Assembly (NCBI RefSeq): GCF_009831105.1
Contig: NZ_WUUQ01000002.1
Coordinates: 300,001 to 332,000, forward strand
Reading direction: 5' to 3'
Source: Copranaerobaculum intestinale
Lineage (GTDB): Bacteria; Bacillota_I; Bacilli_A; Erysipelotrichales; Erysipelotrichaceae
Length of the DNA: 32,000 nt
Part shown: positions 26,525-32,000 of the stretch, piece by piece
How the letters are laid out: each line of letters opens with the position of its first letter
How positions within the stretch are numbered: the stretch's first letter is position 1
Notes under the pieces: generated by a model
What the model was told of the DNA's origin: nothing
Seen by the model: the letters and a program-made list of their open reading frames with translations, nothing else
Database searches by the model: none
Position numbers and translations under genes: made by a program

Positions 26525-27754
26525 TAGGCTTTGTAAGATTTGCTGAATGGTATGATCAAGTGATTGATCGTTGTCGATGATAAGATCAGCAGCTTTTTCA
26601 TATAACGGCAGCCTTTCCTGATACAGCTTTTTAATTGCCTGCGGACTGCTTGACAGCGGCCGGGTTTCATCACTGATCAATTCGGATAAAGGGCGTCGCA
26701 GCCAGATTATCAGCCCGTTTGACTGCAAGGCCTGAATGTTTTCATAACGCAGTACCGCGCCGCCGCCGGTTGCGATGATCAGATTGTTTTGAACGCCGTA
26801 CTGCCTGCATACTTCACTTTCACGATCACGGAAAGCTGTTTCCCCATGGGCTTGAAAATAGTCCGGAATGGACATGTTCACAGTTTCCACAAGCTTTTGA
26901 TCGAGATCGACGAACGGACGCTGCATGATCCTGCTCAACTGTCTGCCTATCGTGGTTTTACCAACACTTGGCATACCGATCAGAACCAGATTGCGGACAC
27001 GCTGATGGAGCGATTGGTAAATATCATCAATTCGGGAATTATCAATTTTCTGATTTTGAAAATGCTCGACCGCGTATTTTGCCTGTGCAACCAGCATTTC
27101 TAAACCGTTTACGGCTTTTATGCCAAGCTGTTTAGCTTCTATCAGCAGCTTTGTTTTTAAAGGATTATAAATGATATCGATTACGGCTTCACACTTTTGA
27201 AAATTATGCAGATCAAGCGGTGAAGATTCTATTTTAGGATACATCCCTACCGATGTGGTATTGATGATGATGTCAGCATCCGTACAGGTGCGATAACATT
27301 CCTCATAGGAGATTGTTGCGGCATAGGGAGTGCGGTTTACGATGATGATCGTTCCTGCTTTCAAATATTTCAATACTGCCAGCACAGCCTTGGAAGCACC
27401 GCCATAGCCCAATACGATTACCTTTTTGCGCGCAACATCTATCTGATGCCGTTTCAGGGTATATAAAAATCCATCAAAATCGGTATTGAATCCATATAGC
27501 TTTCCGTTTTGATTCACAATAGTATTTACCGCTTGAATGGCCTTTGACCGCTCATCCATGCCGGCAAGATAAGGAATGACTTGCTCTTTATATGGAATTG
27601 TTACATTGATTGCCTGAAATTTACGGTGTTTCATAAATGCTGGAAAATCTGCGCTTGCCACCGGCATCAAATCATATGTATAATCAGCCAGCTGTTCATG
27701 TATTTCTTTTGAATAGCTGTGACCCAGTGTTTCTCCTATCAATCCATATTTCAT
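26507..27754 (-). CDS. aroE: Bifunctional shikimate dehydrogenase (AroE, N-terminal) / shikimate kinase (AroK, C-terminal) fusion
   Basis: AroE motifs are GLIGETLGHSYSKEIH, NVTIPYK, FNTDFDG and LGYGGASKA (about aa 1-250). AroK motifs are LIGMPSVGKTTIGRQLS, VDLDQ, GETAFRDRE and ATGGGAV (about aa 253-415). GAGGAA RBS before ATG 27754, and the track start at 27820 has none. Confidence 0.9.
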   Translation of the reverse strand: MKYGLIGETLGHSYSKEIHEQLADYTYDLMPVASADFPAFMKHRKFQAINVTIPYKEQVIPYLAGMDERSKAIQAVNTIVNQNGKLYGFNTDFDGFLYTLKRHQIDVARKKVIVLGYGGASKAVLAVLKYLKAGTIIIVNRTPYAATISYEECYRTCTDADIIINTTSVGMYPKIESSPLDLHNFQKCEAVIDIIYNPLKTKLLIEAKQLGIKAVNGLEMLVAQAKYAVEHFQNQKIDNSRIDDIYQSLHQRVRNLVLIGMPSVGKTTIGRQLSRIMQRPFVDLDQKLVETVNMSIPDYFQAHGETAFRDRESEVCRQYGVQNNLIIATGGGAVLRYENIQALQSNGLIIWLRRPLSELISDETRPLSSSPQAIKKLYQERLPLYEKAADLIIDNDQSLDHTIQQILQSLINGNL

Positions 27755-27925
27755 TTCAGATTCCTCACTTCTTACTAATAATGATAATAGATAGTGAAAA
27801 CGAAAGCAAATAAATTTCATAATCTTTACCAGCGTAAGTTTCCGTTTTCACATAAATTATTTCTTTTTATTTCTAGTGGGTATGGTATACTTATTATACA
27901 AATTTTAATGGGATGTGGAATAGCT

Positions 27926-29320
27926 ATGAAAAAATTGTTGTGTATTATTTTTGTCGGTGCAATATGTATCATGAATCAGTCCAGTGTTCATGCGGAAGAC
28001 AGCGGTAAATCCACTGGTCTTTTTGATGATGTGGAGATTGTTACAGATGAGAATGCGGTACCCATTGATCGCAAGGACATCAGCGGAATGAAAAACGCAG
28101 AAATGGGCGATACTGTTGCGGCGCTCGATCACACTATGCAGCGCAGTGCGGCCGCGCCGTACTGGACGAATACCGGTGGTGTAAAACGCTTTTATGATGC
28201 GAACGGAAATATGATGTATCATGCTGGTTCAAAAATGATCATCGATGTATCTGAGCACCAGGGCGTTATTAACTGGGATCAGGTGAAAGCTGCCGGAATA
28301 GATGGCGCAATCCTGAGGATCAGCTATGGTTATGAAAATGGCTATGATAAGCAGTTTGTGCGAAATGTTCAGGAATGTAACCGGCTTGGGATACCTTATG
28401 GAATTTATATGTATAGCTATGCATATGATGCGAATTTCGCATATCATGAAGCGGCAGATGTGGTGAATCTGCTATCCAAGGTCCAGGTGAATTTATCTTA
28501 TCCGATCTATTATGATATTGAAGGATTTGATCCCTTTTATCATTTAGGTGTCGTTCGGTATCATCCGACTTCACCATCACAATATGAATCAATCATTGCG
28601 ACCTTTATCAATTATATGAATACGCATGGTTATGCTGGGAAAGTTCATGTATACAGTTATCGAAACTATCTGCAAAATGCATTGAACAGTTCTAAAATAT
28701 TATCATATGTTTCCTGGATTGCTGCGTATACCCAGACGCTTGGTTATACGAATACCTTTTACAATGGTGTTCAGGGTTGGCAGTATACCAACAGCGGTTC
28801 AGTAAAAGGTATCAATGGACGCGTAGATATCAGCTGTTTCAGTGATTTCATGTATAATGCGAGTGTGTCAGCCAGTGTGCCAGAAGCGGTTACGGAGAAA
28901 TTAGCAGAAAAGAATATTAAATTCAATGCCGGCTATCTTACCGGATTTCAGCTGAATTCGGATATCAGTGCTTTGCAGTCATCGCTTGCCGGTCTTGGTA
29001 AGGTTACTTTGTATGGTATAAACGGTAATGTGATCACATCGGGGATAGTTGCCACAGGACAAACGATCACGATTGAAATGAATAGCCGTGCTGCTGATCA
29101 GGTATACAAGATGGCGGTGGTAATCCGTGGTGATGTAAACGGGGACGGTAAAATAAGTGGCATTGATTATGTGAAGGTAAGGAATAAAATTGATGGGAAA
29201 TCACAATTTAATTCTATAGAAAGTTTGGCTTCAGATATTAATAACGATGGGAAGATTAGTGGGATTGACTATGTGAGAATAAGAAATCATATAGACGGTA
29301 AAACGACAATTACGCAATAA
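27926..29320 (+). CDS. Secreted GH25 muramidase (lysozyme) with C-terminal dockerin-type module
   Basis: Signal peptide MKKLLCIIFVGAICIMNQSSVHA. GH25 core about 28232-28846 (IIDVSEHQGVINWDQVKAAGIDGAILRISYG and YYDIEG). Two EF-hand-like dockerin repeats, DVNGDGKISGIDYV (29132-) and DINNDGKISGIDYV (29234-). Confidence 0.88.
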   Translation: MKKLLCIIFVGAICIMNQSSVHAEDSGKSTGLFDDVEIVTDENAVPIDRKDISGMKNAEMGDTVAALDHTMQRSAAAPYWTNTGGVKRFYDANGNMMYHAGSKMIIDVSEHQGVINWDQVKAAGIDGAILRISYGYENGYDKQFVRNVQECNRLGIPYGIYMYSYAYDANFAYHEAADVVNLLSKVQVNLSYPIYYDIEGFDPFYHLGVVRYHPTSPSQYESIIATFINYMNTHGYAGKVHVYSYRNYLQNALNSSKILSYVSWIAAYTQTLGYTNTFYNGVQGWQYTNSGSVKGINGRVDISCFSDFMYNASVSASVPEAVTEKLAEKNIKFNAGYLTGFQLNSDISALQSSLAGLGKVTLYGINGNVITSGIVATGQTITIEMNSRAADQVYKMAVVIRGDVNGDGKISGIDYVKVRNKIDGKSQFNSIESLASDINNDGKISGIDYVRIRNHIDGKTTITQ

Positions 29321-29330
29321 AGGAGACAGC

Positions 29331-30683
29331 ATGAAAAAATTTAGAAACAGATTTATTGTATTACTTGTTTGCCTGATGTTTATGGTTGGACAACACAGCG
29401 AAATTTATGCCGGCAATATGTGGGCGAATGCTTCTCCTACATCTGTCAGGGTTGGAAGTAACTTTACTGTTACAGTTGGATCATCCAATTTATTTATTGA
29501 GGGAATAAGCGTTACCTGTTCGGGATGTACAATTATCAGTGGAATCAGTGGCAGTATTGATAAAGGTGAAACTAAGAATATTGTCGCTCGCTTGAATTCT
29601 TCGGCAGGTGCAACGGTTACTATTTCTGGTACCGCAACAGATTATGATAACCCTAATAGTGATTTTCCAATATCGACCTCTGCGCATGTTTCAGCAGCCA
29701 CGAATAGCGGCGGCGGTTCCTGGACTCCCAGCGGCGGCGGTTCATCCAGCAGTTCTCAGACAACGCCACAGACTCCAGATCCAGAGGATGACACACATTC
29801 TAAGGATAACGATTTAAAAAGTTTGAGCGTTAGTGAAGGAAAATTGACCCCTGAATTTTCAAAGGATACAACTTCCTATAATGTTAATCTGCCGGCAACT
29901 GCGAAAAAGATCACGCTGAAAGCAGAAGCAAATGATACCAAGGCAACCGTAGAAGGAACCGGAGAAAAGGCTCTGGAGCCTGGTGATAATGATTTTGATA
30001 TTACCGTAACGGCAGAAAATAAATCGGTGAAAGTATATAAAGTAAAAGTAATCGTCGATGAAAAACCATTAATGTATTTGAAATACAACGGGGTAAAGCT
30101 CGGTGTGGTAAGGAATGTCCGCAATGCTCCGATACCTCCGAATTTTACGGCGACAACGCTGAAAATAAAGGGTAAAGAAATTCCTGCCTGGAAAAATGAG
30201 GCGATGAAGAAAACCATTGTCTATCTGATGGATACCAAAAATAATAAACAATTCTATTTGTATGAAAACGGAAAAGTTACCAGTACATTTACCTATACAA
30301 AATTGCTTGGCCGAGAAGTGTTTTTGATCGATATTCCAAAAGCGCAGCAGCGCCGAACCGGCATGAACTATCAGAAACTGACCATAGAAAATGTCACAGT
30401 TATGGGTTGGACATTCGATGAAAAATCAATGAAAGATTATGAACTGATTTATGTAATGGATTTGGATGGTAAATGTCGTTATTATCAATATGAAAAATCA
30501 CAGCATACCATTCAGCTTTATTCCGGTGCTGCGGCAGTTACGCAGAGTGAATATACCAAACAGGTAAAGGATTTAAAAGCTGGGAGAACAGCGATGACTT
30601 ATACTGCGGTCGCACTAGGTCTATTGGCAGCTGGTCTTGGCTGTTATGCAGCTTATCTCACCATTCGCAAAAAGAAATCATGA
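29331..30683 (+). CDS. Type I membrane-anchored surface protein: signal peptide, small beta-rich N-domain, Gly/Ser/Pro linker, cadherin-like beta-sandwich domain, unknown domain, C-terminal TM anchor
   Basis: Signal peptide ends at EIYA. Cadherin-like beta-sandwich pattern DNDLKSLSVSEGKLTPEFSKDTTSYNVNLPATAKKITLKAEANDTKATV...VYKVKV. C-terminal TM YTAVALGLLAAGLGCYAAYLTI followed by RKKKS. AAGGAG RBS sits 10 nt after the lysozyme stop, so the two genes are co-transcribed. Confidence 0.75.
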   Translation: MKKFRNRFIVLLVCLMFMVGQHSEIYAGNMWANASPTSVRVGSNFTVTVGSSNLFIEGISVTCSGCTIISGISGSIDKGETKNIVARLNSSAGATVTISGTATDYDNPNSDFPISTSAHVSAATNSGGGSWTPSGGGSSSSSQTTPQTPDPEDDTHSKDNDLKSLSVSEGKLTPEFSKDTTSYNVNLPATAKKITLKAEANDTKATVEGTGEKALEPGDNDFDITVTAENKSVKVYKVKVIVDEKPLMYLKYNGVKLGVVRNVRNAPIPPNFTATTLKIKGKEIPAWKNEAMKKTIVYLMDTKNNKQFYLYENGKVTSTFTYTKLLGREVFLIDIPKAQQRRTGMNYQKLTIENVTVMGWTFDEKSMKDYELIYVMDLDGKCRYYQYEKSQHTIQLYSGAAAVTQSEYTKQVKDLKAGRTAMTYTAVALGLLAAGLGCYAAYLTIRKKKS

Positions 30684-30692
30684 GTGTTTTAA

Positions 30693-30730
30693 AAAACTCC
30701 TGCAATATGTTATGTAGCAGGAGTTTTATT
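30693..30730 (+). terminator. Intrinsic terminator after the lysozyme/anchor operon
   Basis: AAAACTCCTGC (30693-30703) pairs with GCAGGAGTTTT (30717-30727). Confidence 0.8.
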
Positions 30731-30805
30731 ATCCCTAAAAGTAACGATAGGAATTTAAGCTTCTTTGACGTATAATGATGACAAGTTCATTGAAAGGAGC
30801 TTACT

Positions 30806-31489
30806 ATGAAGAGACCGATTACTACCTTGTTTATGCTGATGTCACTGGATGGGAAAATAAGCACGGGTGCTACGGATGCATTTGACGTTGATCAGGATTT
30901 TCCAACCCTTCCAGGATTATGTGAGGGACTTCATCAGTATTATGAAATCGAACAGACCACCGATCTTTGGTCGTTAAATTCAGGCAGGGTTCAGCAAAAA
31001 CTCGGGGTGAATGAAAAAGCATTTCCTGAAACTCAATCCGCGGTCAGTTTTGTGCTGGTCGATAACCATCATTTGAATGAACATGGGATTGCTTACTATA
31101 CCCATTTTGCGAAGCGTGTCGTGATCGTCACATCTAATAAAAATCATCCTGCCTATCATGTATCAGCTGATAATTTGGACATTATCTTTCAGGCTTCATT
31201 CAGTGCAGCATCAATGCTGGAAACATTGTATCATCAGTTTGGCTGTGAGCGATTGACAATTCAATCCGGAGGCACACTGAATGCTCTTTTCTTAAGAGAA
31301 AAAGTATTCGATTACATCGATATTGTGATTGCCCCGGTCTTGATTGGCGGTAAGCAAACTTCTACTTTAATTGATGGGGATTCATTGATGAAGCTTGATG
31401 AATTACATAAACTCGGAATTTTGAAATTGATTGATTTGGTGAAGCTGGAACATTCTTATGTAAGAGTGCGTTATCAGGTCATCGGTTAG
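30806..31489 (+). CDS. RibD C-terminal domain / dihydrofolate-reductase-like family protein
   Basis: N-terminal MLMSLDGKISTG motif and C-terminal LTIQSGGTLN plus VIAPVLIGG motifs typical of the RibD_C fold. AAGGAG RBS. Confidence 0.75.
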   Translation: MKRPITTLFMLMSLDGKISTGATDAFDVDQDFPTLPGLCEGLHQYYEIEQTTDLWSLNSGRVQQKLGVNEKAFPETQSAVSFVLVDNHHLNEHGIAYYTHFAKRVVIVTSNKNHPAYHVSADNLDIIFQASFSAASMLETLYHQFGCERLTIQSGGTLNALFLREKVFDYIDIVIAPVLIGGKQTSTLIDGDSLMKLDELHKLGILKLIDLVKLEHSYVRVRYQVIG

Positions 31490-31504
31490 ATTATCCAGCA
31501 GAAA

Positions 31505-31533
31505 ATTGACAGAATCGGATAATCAGCATACAC
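31505..31533 (+). promoter_or_regulatory. Candidate sigma-A promoter of the second T-box leader
   Basis: TTGACA (31505-31510), 17-nt spacer, TACACT (31528-31533). Confidence 0.5.
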
Positions 31534-31544
31534 TATAAGTAAAT

Positions 31545-31771
31545 ACTTTGATGCAAGATTAAGTGATGAAAGATGGTCAGCGAACCCATAATGGTGAGAG
31601 GTGGGGACATTGGAACTCATGGATTACACTTGTTGAGTAGGGTCATTGAAAATGAAGTAGATGATTTCGCATGGAGGCGTTATTTCCTAATAAAGATGCG
31701 CACTGTTTTTTTAAGTGCGAATCAGGATGGCACCGCGTCAAAGCACGTTCCTGTTTGGAATGTGCTTTTTT
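31545..31771 (+). promoter_or_regulatory. T-box riboswitch leader (specifier not resolved)
   Basis: AG bulge AGCGA (31578-31582), distal-loop-like GGUGAGAGG, F-box-like GCGUUA (31675-31680), Stem III CGCACT/AGTGCG. T-box motif AAUCAGGAUGGCACCGCG (31719-31736). Canonical antiterminator: A1 CAGGA/UCCUG, 7-nt bulge UGGCACC, A2 GCG/CGU. Terminator has a 12-bp stem, AAAGCACGTTCC/GGAATGTGCTTT, plus a T-run (31739-31771). Confidence 0.85.
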
Positions 31772-31840
31772 TATGGAGGGAGTGGTGCTGAAAAAAAGCT
31801 GTATTTAATGAAGGTGAATAAATTTTGAAAGGAGCTTTAC

Positions 31841-32000
31841 CATGAGAAAACAGAGTTTTAATTTACACACACATACCGCACGGTGCGGTCACGGGGAAGG
31901 TTTGGACATTCAATATGTGAACAGTGCGATTGATGCAGGGTTTAAACTCCTCGGATTCAGCGATCATATTCCGTTTCCACAGATACAACAGCCGCAGTGC
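31841..32000 (+). CDS. PHP-family phosphoesterase, HisJ-type histidinol-phosphatase-like (5' part, truncated by the window end)
   Basis: MRKQSFNLHTHTARCGHG and GFSDHIPFP match the PHP metal-binding motifs HxH and DH. AAAGGAG RBS lies 7 nt before the ATG. Confidence 0.7.

Noticed and set aside
27794-27925. N-terminal extension of the GH25 ORF (track start 27794), and the analogous extension of aroE-aroK to 27820.
   Set aside because: The two extensions overlap each other on opposite strands in the divergent promoter region. The internal starts give a canonical signal peptide (27926) and the canonical AroE N-terminus with an RBS (27754).
29132-29269. Direct repeat of about 36 nt in the lysozyme gene, considered as a possible DNA-level repeat or recombination element.
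   Set aside because: The repeat is explained at the protein level as the two Ca-binding segments of a dockerin module. The nucleotide identity is only partial.
31573-31791. 72-aa + strand ORF between the RibD-C-like gene and the PHP gene.
   Set aside because: It has no RBS and coincides exactly with the T-box leader. It contains the AG bulge, the T-box motif and the terminator, so it is RNA structure rather than coding sequence.
1-32000. Searched for CRISPR arrays, IS elements or transposases, integrases, prophage genes, toxin-antitoxin pairs and recognisable defence systems.
   Set aside because: I saw no regularly spaced direct repeats. No ORF shows transposase, integrase, recombinase, nuclease-helicase or TA-like motifs. 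All long ORFs have ordinary metabolic, translation or envelope assignments.

Overview
Mostly housekeeping chromosomal DNA from a low-GC Gram-positive bacterium (Bacillota). This is inferred from T-box leaders, the sufCDSUB gene order, AGGAGG-type ribosome binding sites and sigma-A-like promoters. I support 30 protein-coding genes. On the + strand there is sufC-sufD-sufS-sufU-sufB. A minus-strand operon encodes an FtsX/MacB-type ABC exporter plus an OmpR-type response regulator and a histidine kinase. Further genes are an MFS transporter, a NagD-like HAD hydrolase, a DedA protein, a C26 amidotransferase, an AlaX-L tRNA-editing protein translationally coupled to a GNAT, a TIGR01212 radical SAM protein, a DUF45/M48 peptidase, DegV, NfnAB-like oxidoreductases, a P-loop kinase-like protein, T-box-controlled leuS and yebC. 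A loose shikimate cluster holds aroQ, aroD and a fused aroE-aroK. There is also a secreted GH25 muramidase carrying a dockerin module, co-transcribed with a membrane-anchored cadherin-like-domain protein, then a RibD-C reductase-like gene and a second T-box leader ahead of a truncated PHP phosphatase gene. I saw no rRNA, tRNA, CRISPR array, transposase, integrase or phage genes. Five things deserve a second look. (1) A free-standing promoter-to-terminator unit of about 145 nt at 12.57-12.72 kb folds with two exposed C-rich tracts and is a candidate anti-Shine-Dalgarno sRNA. (2) The dockerin-bearing lysozyme sits next to a possible surface anchor. (3) The antiterminator bulge of the second T-box (UGGC) does not fit the tRNA expected from the downstream gene. 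(4) A long terminator-ended leader precedes the P-loop gene. (5) aroQ is divergent at usually invariant positions and sits next to a canonical aroD.
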